Positions 53,037-61,501 of a stretch of DNA of 64,000 nucleotides are shown piece after piece. The notes beneath the pieces were generated by a model. It ran no database searches, was not told the origin of the DNA, and was given only the letters and a program-made list of their open reading frames with translations. Position 1 is the first letter of the stretch. Each line of letters starts with the position of its first letter. Origin of the DNA: an uncultured Actinomycetes bacterium (lineage in GTDB: Bacteria > Actinomycetota > Acidimicrobiia > IMCC26256 > JBBRZM01). Made by a program: the position numbers and the translations under genes. The stretch spans positions 70,193-134,192 of the forward strand of contig CAWEZO010000008.1 in assembly GCA_963813635.1 (NCBI GenBank), read 5' to 3'.

Positions 53037-54206
53037 TCAGCTCGGAGTCACCCTCCAGATCGCGCCGGTGGGCGAGCCGTCGTCGGTCGCGATGTAGAGC
53101 CTGCCGTCGGGGCCTTCGACCGCGCTCCGGAGCCGCGGCACCGAGCCGCCGAGATTGGCGACGAAGTTGTTGCCCGCGATGATCCCCATCGAGCTCGGCA
53201 ACATGATGCGCAGCTGCATGCCCTTGAGCACTGCGACCGCGACGGCGCCGTTCCAACCCTTCCATTGCCGGCCCGACAGGAACGTCGCGCCGGACGGCGC
53301 GATCGTGACGCCGGGGTTGCTCGGTGGTGTCAGCGAGTCGCCGGAGCGCCAGACCGCGCCGATTCCGCCCGGCCGGGTCATTGGCGTCGACTCGTCGTAG
53401 CCGCCCGCGCCGTTGTCGGGGTTCCAGCCGAAGTTGCCCGGCACGATCAAGTTGACCTCGTCATCAACGCCGGTGCCGTGCTCGACACTCAACCCCGACC
53501 CGGTACCGGGCTGGAACGCGATGCCCTGCACGTTGCGGTGGCCCCACGAGTAGATCCGGGGGTCGTACACGCCGCCGGGGTTGCCCGGAATGCCGACGCC
53601 GTTCCCGTCGACGCGCAAGATCTTGCCGGCGAGCGACCACGGGTTCTGGGGGAAGCTGCCGGTCGCGGCGTCGCCGGTGCCGACATACAAGTGGAGCGTG
53701 CCGGGCTTGAAGCGCGGCCGGCATCCCGAGTGACGCCCGGAGCTGTAGTTGATCCCGGTCACGATGTCGGTGCGGTTCGAGAGGCCGGTAACCGAGCTGT
53801 TGACGACCCACCGCACCACGCGGACGTCGGTCGAACTCCCCCTGTTCGAGGTCATGCACGCGTACAAGAAGCGATTCATCGCGAAGCCCGGGTCGATCGC
53901 GATGCCGAGCATGCCGCCTTCGCCGCCTTGCACCACGTCCGACGGTGCGCCAAGCAAGTTGATGGCGCCCCCGGGAAGACGCGCCTTGATGCGTCCGGCA
54001 CGCTCGGTAAAGAACATTGTCCCGTTCGGGATGAACGCGATGTCCCACGGATGGTCGAGACCCGTGATGTACCTGCGATTGACGCTGAGCCTCGGCGCAG
54101 GTGTCCGCGTCGCCCTGGCCGGGCCGAAGCGTTCGACTCCACAACTGACGCACGCGAGCGCGGCCACAAGGCCGACAGCGACAGTGAACGGACGAAGGCG
54201 CGACAT
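53037..54206 (-). CDS. PQQ-dependent sugar (glucose/sorbosone) dehydrogenase-family lipoprotein
   Basis: The N-terminus [22 protein letters not shown] is a signal peptide with a lipobox. Beta-propeller motifs follow: [27 protein letters not shown] and [12 protein letters not shown]. Confidence 0.8.
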   Translation of the reverse strand: MSRLRPFTVAVGLVAALACVSCGVERFGPARATRTPAPRLSVNRRYITGLDHPWDIAFIPNGTMFFTERAGRIKARLPGGAINLLGAPSDVVQGGEGGMLGIAIDPGFAMNRFLYACMTSNRGSSTDVRVVRWVVNSSVTGLSNRTDIVTGINYSSGRHSGCRPRFKPGTLHLYVGTGDAATGSFPQNPWSLAGKILRVDGNGVGIPGNPGGVYDPRIYSWGHRNVQGIAFQPGTGSGLSVEHGTGVDDEVNLIVPGNFGWNPDNGAGGYDESTPMTRPGGIGAVWRSGDSLTPPSNPGVTIAPSGATFLSGRQWKGWNGAVAVAVLKGMQLRIMLPSSMGIIAGNNFVANLGGSVPRLRSAVEGPDGRLYIATDDGSPTGAIWRVTPS

Positions 54207-54292
54207 ATTGGACTCCCTGCTCGGCGGTTCCCCCACAAAGCATCGGAAGGTCGCGGCGCGGCCTTGACCACGTATCGGAGGTCCACTGACCA

Positions 54293-54342
54293 AGCGTTTG
54301 TGCGCGAGCGCGCCGCATAGGGGCCGCTTCTGCACAAGCGCT
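54293..54342. repeat. ATAG-centred palindromic element, copy 1
   Basis: The sequence is AGCGTTTGTGC-(GCGAGCGCGCCGCATAGGGGCCGCTTC)-TGCACAAGCGCT. Its first 23 nt are identical to copy 3. It lies in the divergent gap between the PQQ-dehydrogenase gene and the membrane-protein gene. Confidence 0.8.
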
Positions 54343-54375
54343 CACTTGTGAGGGGTCCGACCTACGATCGCCCGC

Positions 54376-55790
54376 GTGTCAGCCCGAGCGGACTCCCACG
54401 CGCCCATCGAGGCGTCTGCGGTCGCGCTCGACGCACGGCGGCGTCGCCTGCTGCCGGTGCTCATGGGCGCCGCCTTCGGCGTCGTCACCTTCGCCGTGTA
54501 CACGGCCGGGAGCCGGCGCGGGCTGAGCTGGGACAGCGCCCTCACCGTGTCGTTGTTCATCACGCGCGGCAATGTCATCTATCCGTTTCTCCATCAGCAC
54601 GTGTACACGAACCACCCGCTCCTCACGTTCTTGGAGCACGTGGTCTTCGACATCACCGGCTCTCGCTCCGCGCTGGTGCTTCGCGTGTTGCCGATCACGT
54701 TCGGCGCGCTGACCGTCGCGCTGATCACGACCTGGACGACGCGGCGGTTGGGCGTGCTCGCCGGGTGTGTCACGGGGGCACTTGTCGCACTGAACCCCTC
54801 GTTCGCGTTCGAGGCCACGGAGGTTCGCGGTTACAGCCTCTTCGTGCTCGCTGCGGTCGCATCGACGATCTTGCTCATCGGTGACCCCGCGCGTCTGAGC
54901 CCGCGGCACCGGAGGGTGCTGTATGGGCTGTCACTCGCCGTTGGCGTCGGCGCTCATCTCGGCATGCTTGCCGTCCTCGCGGTCCACTTCAGTGTGCTCG
55001 CCATCGACCGCGCGCGCCGCGCGCAATTGCTGACGCCCTTCATCGTCGGATCGGCCTTCGGGCTGTTGATGTACGTCGGGCTCGTGTCCGTGATGACACG
55101 TACGACGCATCGCGACTTTCATCTGCGGTTCGCGAGCGACCTGTGGCGCGAGATGTTGGGCGGAACGCTGCTCCCCGCATGTCTGCTGACGATCGTGCTG
55201 TTGGTCGGCATCTGGGGAAGCCCCCGCCACACCGTCCTGGTCGTTCCCGCGGCCGTTCTGACGTTGCTGATGTTCACTGCGTGGCAGATCGGCCCGCAGA
55301 ACTTCTTTCCCCGCTTCTTCCTGTGGCTCGTACCGTTGGCGGCGGTCGCGATCCGCGGCCGGCGTGCGGCGGGTTCCCGTGCTTGCGGTTGTCGTGGTGA
55401 TCGCGCTCGTGCCACAGGCTCGCGACGTGTACCGCTTCCTGAGCAGGGACGAGTTCGCGAATCGCATCGGCGCCGCGATCCTGCTCTCCGAGGCCCGGCA
55501 CGGGCGGCGCGTGTGCCGCGACCGGCCCCGACTCCCAGACGCTGCTTGGCTCGCTCGACTCTGACGACTTTCACGTGATTCGCTCGGCTGGAAGCCTGAA
55601 TGGCTGTCAAGTCGTCGTGGTCGTGTCGCCGGCGCGACACCGAAATCTCATTGCGTCAGCGAGAACCACATTCCCGCACTGCTTCGTGCTGCCGGCACGG
55701 TTGCACCCGGGGTACGTGTTGTCGCGGCGACGGCTGGCCGAACCACCGCCGTCCAACTCCACCCCGTGCCTACCGGCGCGGGGCGGCTGA
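54376..55790 (+). pseudogene. polytopic membrane protein (ArnT/PMT-like glycosyltransferase fold, tentative), two single-base frameshifts
   Basis: About 10 hydrophobic segments are visible. The reading frame must move from ORF 54376 to ORF 55364 (near 55353) and then to ORF 55575 (near 55516) to reach a soluble C-terminal part, CATGPDSQTLLGSLDSDDFHVIRS. Confidence 0.5.
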
Positions 55791-55802
55791 GCGCTCGGCA
55801 GC

Positions 55803-55848
55803 CGTTTGTGCAATCAGGGCCCCTATAGGGGGCCCGATTGCACAAACG
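55803..55848. repeat. ATAG-centred palindromic element, copy 2 (near-perfect 46-nt palindrome)
   Basis: The sequence is CGTTTGTGCAATC-A-GGGCCCC-TATA-GGGGGCCC-GATTGCACAAACG. That gives roughly 20 paired positions with one bulge. It starts 13 nt after the membrane-protein stop. Confidence 0.85.
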
Positions 55849-55918
55849 CTGGGGTTGCGCCGTGGTCGCGTGCTAGCCATTGCCTGACGACCGTCGAGAC
55901 AATGCATGGAGTGCTCTG

Positions 55919-56377
55919 ATGACTGACAAGTCGGTGTTCAGCGACGACGAGTGGAGTGCCCTGCGCGACGCTCCGGCGCTCGTGACGATGGCGGCCTTCG
56001 CCGCCGGCGAGCACGGCCCGATCTCAATGATGAAAGAGGCCACCGCGAGCGCCCGCGCGATCGCACGTCCCGGTGATCGCGGCGCTGCGAACGCGCTGAT
56101 CGCCGAGCTCGCGCAGCACGCGGAGAGCAAAGAGGTCCGCCACGACGTGAAACAACATCAGCGCGCGACGATCGAGGCGACGATCGACGAGGTGCTGGCC
56201 GCCTTGCAGCCGGCGGCTGCGGCCCTGGAGAAGTTGCCGCCCGACGAGGCGGTCCAGATCGGCGCCTGGCTCGTCGACATTGCCAAGGCGGAGGCCACAG
56301 CGGCCAAGGAAGTCAACCCGGTCGAGCAGGCGACGATCGGCAAGATCGCGGCACTCTTCAACGTCACCGCGACCTGA
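55919..56377 (+). CDS. hypothetical helical protein
   Basis: From ATG 55919 the ORF reads MTDKSVFSDDEWSALRDAPALVTMAAFAAGEHGP. Composition is coding-like. I could not securely recognise a family. Confidence 0.5.
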   Translation: MTDKSVFSDDEWSALRDAPALVTMAAFAAGEHGPISMMKEATASARAIARPGDRGAANALIAELAQHAESKEVRHDVKQHQRATIEATIDEVLAALQPAAAALEKLPPDEAVQIGAWLVDIAKAEATAAKEVNPVEQATIGKIAALFNVTAT

Positions 56378-56410
56378 TTGCTGCACCGGTACGGGCGGCA
56401 GGGCGCCACA

Positions 56411-56458
56411 GCGTTTGTGCGCGAGCGCGCCGTATAGAGGCCACTTTTGCACAAACGC
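56411..56458. repeat. ATAG-centred palindromic element, copy 3
   Basis: The sequence is GCGTTTGTGC-(GCGAGCGCGCCGTATAGAGGCCACTTTT)-GCACAAACGC, with perfect 10-bp arms. It lies between the convergent 55919-56377 and 56472-57500 genes. Confidence 0.85.
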
Positions 56459-56471
56459 ACGTGGGAGCCGT

Positions 56472-57500
56472 TCAGCGTGTCGAATGAATGCGGCGAGCTC
56501 CGAGCGCGGTGAGGCCGAGCAGTACGAAGGCGAGGCCGGCGAGCGCGAGTGCGATGGTGTCGCGTCGGGAACGGTCGGTCATGCCGGTCGCCGGTAGGGT
56601 CGCGGCCGTGCTTGCGGCGGGCGTTGTGGACGGGGTCGTCGCGACCGCTTCGTTCGTCAATGCGAAGGTCGCACGCGTGTTCGCGAGGTCCGCGGTCGCG
56701 GTGACGTCGTAGGTGCCGGCGGTGGCGCTGGCGCTCGGCGTCGGTGACGTCGCGACGCCGTTTGCGTCGGTCACAGCCGTCGCCGAAGACGCGCCGTCCG
56801 CGAACGTCGCGCTCGCACCGCTGCTCGGAGCGCTGAACGTGACCGTGATCCCCTCGAGCGGTGTGCCGTCCGCGTCGGCGACCACGACGCCTAGGGGCTG
56901 CGCGAAGGCCTGATCAACAGTGGTGCTCTGCGCGGCGGTGCCGCTCGCTGTGTCGACGGTCCACGGAGTACCGAGGCTCACGCGGACGAGCTCGTGGGTC
57001 GCCGGCGCGGCGACCCACATGTGCCCGTCCGGTCCGGGAGTGGGCACCCGGGGCTGGCTATCGGGAGTCGGAAGCGGGAACTCGGTGATCGTGCCACCGA
57101 CGGTGACGCGCCCGACCTTCCCCACAACCTCCCCGAACCAGACGTTGCCGTCCCAACCGAGAGTGATGCCCGCCGGTAAGGCCCCGGCCGTCGGAACCGG
57201 GAGCTCGTCGGTCAGCACACCGCCGGTCGTCATCCGGCCGATCTTGTCGGCGCCCAACTCGGTGAACCAAAGGGCACCGTCGGCACCGAACGTGATCGAG
57301 GCCGGGGCCGCGCCCGGCGTCAGCGGAGATTCGGTCACTGTGCCGTCGGCCGTCATGCGCCCGATGTTGCTGCCGTTGATCTCGGTGAACCAGACGCCAC
57401 CGTCGGGAGCCGCGACCATGCCGGCCGGGTTACTCGCCGCGACGTTCCGCCAATGCCGTATCCGGGCGATACCACCCAGCCGCGACGAGTTCAGAACCAC
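56472..57500 (-). CDS. Vgb-like beta-propeller plus Ig-like domain surface protein with LPXTG anchor, apparently 5'-truncated
   Basis: It has repeated blades (GGVWFTEINGSNIGRMTADGTVTE, GALWFTELGADKIGRMTTGG, GNVWFGEVVGKVGRVTVGGTITEF). The C-terminus carries LPATG, a hydrophobic segment and RRIHSTR. No signal peptide is present, and a stop closes the frame at 57555. Confidence 0.6.
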   Translation of the reverse strand: MVLNSSRLGGIARIRHWRNVAASNPAGMVAAPDGGVWFTEINGSNIGRMTADGTVTESPLTPGAAPASITFGADGALWFTELGADKIGRMTTGGVLTDELPVPTAGALPAGITLGWDGNVWFGEVVGKVGRVTVGGTITEFPLPTPDSQPRVPTPGPDGHMWVAAPATHELVRVSLGTPWTVDTASGTAAQSTTVDQAFAQPLGVVVADADGTPLEGITVTFSAPSSGASATFADGASSATAVTDANGVATSPTPSASATAGTYDVTATADLANTRATFALTNEAVATTPSTTPAASTAATLPATGMTDRSRRDTIALALAGLAFVLLGLTALGARRIHSTR

Positions 57501-57607
57501 TCCACCGGCAACTACCGTGCTGCTGTGGATCGCGCGTCGCAGGGTCGGCGGTCTCTACCGGCACAAACGTCTGGCGGCGGGCTCGCGCACCTTCAACCGC
57601 TGTCGCG

Positions 57608-57820
57608 TTGCTGGTCGCGGTCGCCGCGGCGTGCGGCGGGAGTGGCAGCAGCACGCAGGACGAAGTGAATCCCGACACGGGCGAGACGTACAAGGTCGCG
57701 TCGGGCTCCAACTACTACTGGCAGGGGCCCGGCGGTGACGTCGTCGGGACCGACACGAGCGACCCGCCCGGCTACGACATGAAGCCGTTGGGGGACGTCC
57801 CGCTGAACGGCGGTTCCTGA
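57608..57820 (+). CDS. small lipoprotein-like ORF (start unresolved)
   Basis: It reads LLVAVAAACGGSGSSTQDEVNPDTGETYKVASGSNYYWQGPGG with high GC3 and a AAAC lipobox. Only a TTG start is in frame. A basic n-region (HKRLAAGSRTF) lies just upstream in another frame. Confidence 0.45.
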   Translation: MLVAVAAACGGSGSSTQDEVNPDTGETYKVASGSNYYWQGPGGDVVGTDTSDPPGYDMKPLGDVPLNGGS

Positions 57821-57854
57821 CCGCCAACGGTCCGATGCGCGGGTGAGTGCGAAG

Positions 57855-58823
57855 CTATCTGCGCGCGTGTGGGATGGCGCGGCGGCGTGCGCGGGGCCCG
57901 AGCTCGAGGAGCGTACCCAGCGCAAGGAGCGTGGCACCGAGCAGCGCGAGACCGGGGCCGGGGCCGCCCGTGGCGGGCAGCGTCCCGCTCCCACCCGAAC
58001 CTGCGGCCTCGTCAGCCGCGGGCGCGACCGCACCGGTTGTCGTTGTCGCGGTGCCGGGTGTCGTCGTGGTCGGCGGCGGCGGGGCGGGCACGAGCTCGAA
58101 CGCGCCGATGTCACACGCGTCGCCTTGCGGTCGCGTCACGCCACGCGCGTCGGTGGCCGGCGGCGGGCACCCGGTCGTCACGACATCGAGCGCGGGACTA
58201 CTCGCCGAGAGCGCCATCGTGGGCACGAGCGCCGCTGGCGAGTTGAGCGTCAGGGCGGCGAGCACGGGGTCCGCGCCGGGCACGTCGCTCGCCGCGTCAA
58301 AGACACACGAGCCTGCGTCCGCGTTGAACAAGAGGTTGAAGCCACAATCCGTGATCGGGGTGGTCGTGTCACACGCCGGGCCGGTGCTGTTCGACAGGAT
58401 CGTCGACACCACAGTGGTCACCGGGGCGTTCGGGGAGACGAATATGCCGGCGCCCGCCGTGGCCGTGTTCCCATCGATCGTCGACGACCCGATCGTGACG
58501 GTATCGGGACTGGGCGTCTGGCCAGTTGTCGCGACCACGATCCCACCACCGCGCGCGGCGGCAGCGGTGTTGCCGCTGATCGTCACGTTGGTGAGGGTCG
58601 CGCTGGTGTCGACCAGCACCATGCCGCCTCCGGTGAACCCGCCCGGGTCGGTCTGTTCGTTGTTGCTGAACGTCGAGTCCGAGATCGATGCCGTGTCGGC
58701 ACCGACGATCAAGAGGCCCCCGCCGACACTGGGCGACGTGTTCTGATCGAACCACGAGCCCGTGATCGACACGTCAATTGAGGTGACATCGGACGCATCG
58801 CACTCCCTACCTGGACCGCCCAC
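57855..58823 (-). CDS. beta-helix / choice-of-anchor-Q-type surface protein with LPXTG anchor, no signal peptide detectable
   Basis: Pectate-lyase-like repeats are present (ISDSTFSNN, LTNVTISGNTA, IGSSTIDGNTA). They are followed by DARGVTRPQGDACDIGAFE, a Thr/Pro linker, LPATGG and a TM segment. The only in-frame start after the upstream fragment is GTG 58823. Confidence 0.6.
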   Translation of the reverse strand: MGGPGRECDASDVTSIDVSITGSWFDQNTSPSVGGGLLIVGADTASISDSTFSNNEQTDPGGFTGGGMVLVDTSATLTNVTISGNTAAAARGGGIVVATTGQTPSPDTVTIGSSTIDGNTATAGAGIFVSPNAPVTTVVSTILSNSTGPACDTTTPITDCGFNLLFNADAGSCVFDAASDVPGADPVLAALTLNSPAALVPTMALSASSPALDVVTTGCPPPATDARGVTRPQGDACDIGAFELVPAPPPPTTTTPGTATTTTGAVAPAADEAAGSGGSGTLPATGGPGPGLALLGATLLALGTLLELGPRARRRAIPHARR

Positions 58824-58863
58824 ATTCTGACCCTGATCCTGCACACCAACTACCGAGCCGCCG

Positions 58864-58910
58864 TTCTGGGATGACTTTTCTACCGATACGGTCGAAAACT
58901 CATCCCGGAA
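58864..58910 (-). repeat. degenerate copy of the 14-bp-stem hairpin seen next to tRNA-Thr
   Basis: The sequence is TTCTGGGATGACTT-loop-AACTCATCCCGGAA, with two mismatches in the stem. It lies inside a roughly 120-nt block homologous to 59540-59680. Confidence 0.6.
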
Positions 58911-58956
58911 GCCGCGAGTTGTGCGCTGCCGGACGAGCGGATCGCGGGACGAGCAC

Positions 58957-59556
58957 CTATCTGCTCCCGCGGGCGATGCCGCGCCCGCGTGCGCGTGGCG
59001 CGAGCTCGAGCAGCGCGCCGAGCGCGAGCAGCGCGGCGCCGAGGAGCGCGAGGCCGTGGCCGGGACCGCCCGTTGCCGCCAACGTGCCGCTGTCATCAGA
59101 TCCCGCATTCTCACCGGTCGCCGGTCCGACGGTCGCCGGTCCGACGGTGGGCGTCGTCGTGGGCGTCGTCGTGGGCGTCGTCGTGGGCGTCGTTGTGGTG
59201 GTGGTCGGGGGCGGCGGGGTGACTGCGAGCTCGAACACGCCGACGTCGCACGCGTCACCTTGGGGTCGCGTCACGCCACGCGCGTCGGTGGCCGGTGGCG
59301 GGCAACCAGTGGTCACGGCATCGAGCGCGGGACTGGTAGCCGAGAGCGCCATCGTGGGCACGAGCGTCGCGGGCGCGTTGAGCGTCAGCGCGCTGAGCTC
59401 GGGATCCGCGCCGGTGACGTCGCTCGCGGCATCGAAGACACACGTACCGGCATCCGTGTTGAACAAGAGGTTGAACCCGACGTCGGTGATCGCGCGGCCG
59501 CGCCGGCAAGCCACGCCCGTCGAACCATCATTTGCGTGACGCCGAACGCATCGCAC
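58957..59556 (-). pseudogene. internally deleted paralog of the 57855-58823 surface-protein gene (C-terminal third only), LAATG sorting motif
   Basis: ITDVGFNLLFNTDAGTCVFDAASDV...DARGVTRPQGDACDVGVFEL aligns residue by residue with the neighbouring gene. The upstream GGPGRGCDAFGVT segment is in a different frame. The beta-helix repeats are missing. The linker is expanded to TTPTTTPTTTPTTTPTVGPATVGPATG. Confidence 0.6.
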
Positions 59557-59628
59557 CCCCTACCTGGACCGCCCACAGTCTGACCGCGATCGGGCGCACC
59601 GCTGAGCGGGCCCGCCTCGCACGCGCCC

Positions 59629-59676
59629 TTCTGGGATGAGTTCTCCTACGCATACGGTCGAAAACTCATCCCAGAA
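59629..59676 (-). repeat. perfect 14-bp-stem hairpin immediately 3' of tRNA-Thr(CGU) (terminator or recombination scar)
   Basis: The sequence is TTCTGGGATGAGTT-(20-nt loop)-AACTCATCCCAGAA, 23 nt downstream of the tRNA 3' end on the minus strand. Confidence 0.7.
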
Positions 59677-59698
59677 AGCAGAGAACCGGCAACAGGGG

Positions 59699-59771
59699 AG
59701 CCGGGGAGGGGATTCGAACCCCTGACCTGCTCATTACGAGTGAGCTGCTCTACCGACTGAGCTACCCCGGC
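59699..59771 (-). tRNA. tRNA-Thr (anticodon CGU)
   Basis: A cloverleaf can be drawn: acceptor GCCGGGG/CCCCGGC, D arm GCTC-AGTCGGTA-GAGC, anticodon arm GCTCA-CTCGTAA-TGAGC, and T arm AGGGG-TTCGAAT-CCCCT. Confidence 0.95.
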
Positions 59772-59784
59772 GAAGGACGGGAGT

Positions 59785-60867
59785 CTATTCGCGCGTCCCT
59801 GCGCTCGAACCCGGGAGTTGCAACAGCAGATGCTCCAGTAGCAGTGACTCGCTGGGATTGAACTCGAACGCAGCGCGCGCCCCACTGCACACGTCGAGCG
59901 CCTGCGCGCACGCGCGCGCCGACACATTCAAGCGCGGCCGGTCGATGTTGCGTGGCGACGCGTCGGGGCCCGCCAACGCGTCGCGGTACAGAGTCTCGAG
60001 CGCGGTGATTCCCTCCAGGAGCGCCGCGGTGCGGGCACGCCGGTGTTGACGCTTGTGCCGCTCGGCGAGGCGTTTCACCAGCGCGTTCGCAGCGCGGTCG
60101 GGGTATCCGGCGCGCTCGATCTCGGCGGCGAGCTCATCGACCTCGTGCTGTTGCTCGGCTTCGAGCGCGGTCAATGCGTCTTGCATCGCCGCGTTGATCC
60201 CCTCTCCAGCTCGCACGACCGACGCACCGCTACCGTCGAGGTCGGCCGCAGCGACGACGAACGCGTCGCGCACAACTCCCATGGGACCGGCCAGGAGCTC
60301 TGCCCGGTCGAGGCGTCCTCCGGCGAGACGCGCCGCGACGTCCGCGCGCCGAGCTTCGACGCCCGATTCCACCAGCGCGTCACGCAACGTCGTCTCCGAC
60401 AGCGCGACGAGATCGACGCGCTGGCACCGGGAACGCACCGTGTCGAGCAGGTCGTCGGGCGAGGAAGTGACGAGCACCAGCGTGGTGGACGCGGGCGGCT
60501 CCTCGAGCGTCTTGAGTAGCTTGTTGGACGACGCTTCGTTGAGCCGGTCGGCTTCGAGGACGATCACGATCTTGCGCTCGCCTTCGATCGGGCTCCGATA
60601 CGCCTCGCGCATGATCGCATCGGCCTGCGCGACGAGTATCTGATTGCCGTCGGGCTCGAACTCCACGACATCGGGATGCAACCCACGTAACGCACGGCGG
60701 CTCACCTCGCCGGCACTCGCATCGACAGGATCGAGGATCGCCGCGGCGAACCCGCGGGCGGCGACCTCCGTGCCACGCGGACCCGCAAGGAGGTAGGCGT
60801 GCGCAGGCCGTTCGGCCACGCGCCGCAACCGTTCGACCGCTCGGTCCTGGCCCACGAGGACGTCCAT
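59785..60867 (-). CDS. holB: DNA polymerase III subunit delta'
   Basis: The sequence contains HAYLLAGPRGT, NKLLKTLEEPP and TVRSRCQ. The gene lies downstream of tmk, as is usual in Actinobacteria. Confidence 0.85.
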   Translation of the reverse strand: MDVLVGQDRAVERLRRVAERPAHAYLLAGPRGTEVAARGFAAAILDPVDASAGEVSRRALRGLHPDVVEFEPDGNQILVAQADAIMREAYRSPIEGERKIVIVLEADRLNEASSNKLLKTLEEPPASTTLVLVTSSPDDLLDTVRSRCQRVDLVALSETTLRDALVESGVEARRADVAARLAGGRLDRAELLAGPMGVVRDAFVVAAADLDGSGASVVRAGEGINAAMQDALTALEAEQQHEVDELAAEIERAGYPDRAANALVKRLAERHKRQHRRARTAALLEGITALETLYRDALAGPDASPRNIDRPRLNVSARACAQALDVCSGARAAFEFNPSESLLLEHLLLQLPGSSAGTRE

Positions 60868-60885
60868 GGCGGGGAGTGTACGGGC

Positions 60886-61500
60886 CTAGCTCGCGTCGAT
60901 CCCGAGTCGCTCGCTGACCACGGCCGACACGCGGGCCGCGACCACGTCGACGTCGGCGTCGCCGTCGATAACCGCCCACTCGCGCTCCGTCGCGAGCGCG
61001 CGGTAGGCATCACGGACGCGAGCGTGGAACTCGGCATCCTCACGCTCGAAACGATCGGGCGTAGCACCAGCGCGCGCCCGCGCCACGCGTTCGGAGATGT
61101 CGATGACGATCACCAGATCGGGTGCGAGGCCGCCGGTCGCCCAGCGGTTGACGGCATCGACCAGTTCGGGGCTCAACCCTCGTCCTCCCCCCTGATACGC
61201 GAGCGACGAAGCCACATAGCGATCACTCACCACATCCGCGCCACGGGCAAGCGCGGGGCGCACGATCTCGGCGATGTGTTGCGCACGATCCGCAGCCATC
61301 AACAACGCCTCCGCGACCGGCACGACGTGCGCGTCGCGTTCCAACAGCACGTTGCGAACCGCCGCGCCGACCGGCGTGGCTCCGGGCTCGAACGTTGCCA
61401 CGACGTCGCGACCCGACGACCGCAAACGCTCGGCCAAGCGCGCCACCTGGGTGCTCTTACCGCTTCCGTCGGCGCCTTCGAGCACGATGAACACGCCCAT
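60886..61500 (-). CDS. tmk: thymidylate kinase
   Basis: The product starts MGVFIVLEGADGSGKSTQ (P-loop) and contains the DRY motif in SDRYVASSLAYQ. Translation starts at the internal ATG 61500. Confidence 0.9.
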   Translation of the reverse strand: MGVFIVLEGADGSGKSTQVARLAERLRSSGRDVVATFEPGATPVGAAVRNVLLERDAHVVPVAEALLMAADRAQHIAEIVRPALARGADVVSDRYVASSLAYQGGGRGLSPELVDAVNRWATGGLAPDLVIVIDISERVARARAGATPDRFEREDAEFHARVRDAYRALATEREWAVIDGDADVDVVAARVSAVVSERLGIDAS

Positions 61501-61501
61501 C

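Noticed and set aside
54290-56440. Short conserved reading frame across the palindromes ending at the central TAG (AFVRERAA*, PFVQSGPL*, AFVRERAV*; also AFAQEIAE* at 34.8 kb), considered as mini-ORFs or tag peptides.
   Set aside because: None has a start codon or SD in a consistent position. The similarity follows directly from the nucleotide conservation of the arms. The frames are continuous with arbitrary upstream sequence.
54293-56458. Reading the palindromic elements as integron attC sites (a CALIN-like cassette array).
   Set aside because: The arms have GTT outermost on the left and AAC outermost on the right, the reverse of R''(RYYYAAC)...R'(GTTRRRY). I saw no extrahelical-base pattern. 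No intI-type tyrosine recombinase is in the window. One bracketed gene is on the opposite strand.
57855-59680. Reading the duplicated C-terminal gene segment plus hairpin as a diversity-generating retroelement (VR/TR pair).
   Set aside because: There is no reverse transcriptase or accessory gene nearby. The two copies differ by scattered substitutions of all kinds plus indels, not adenine-specific changes. The similarity extends through the linker and anchor.
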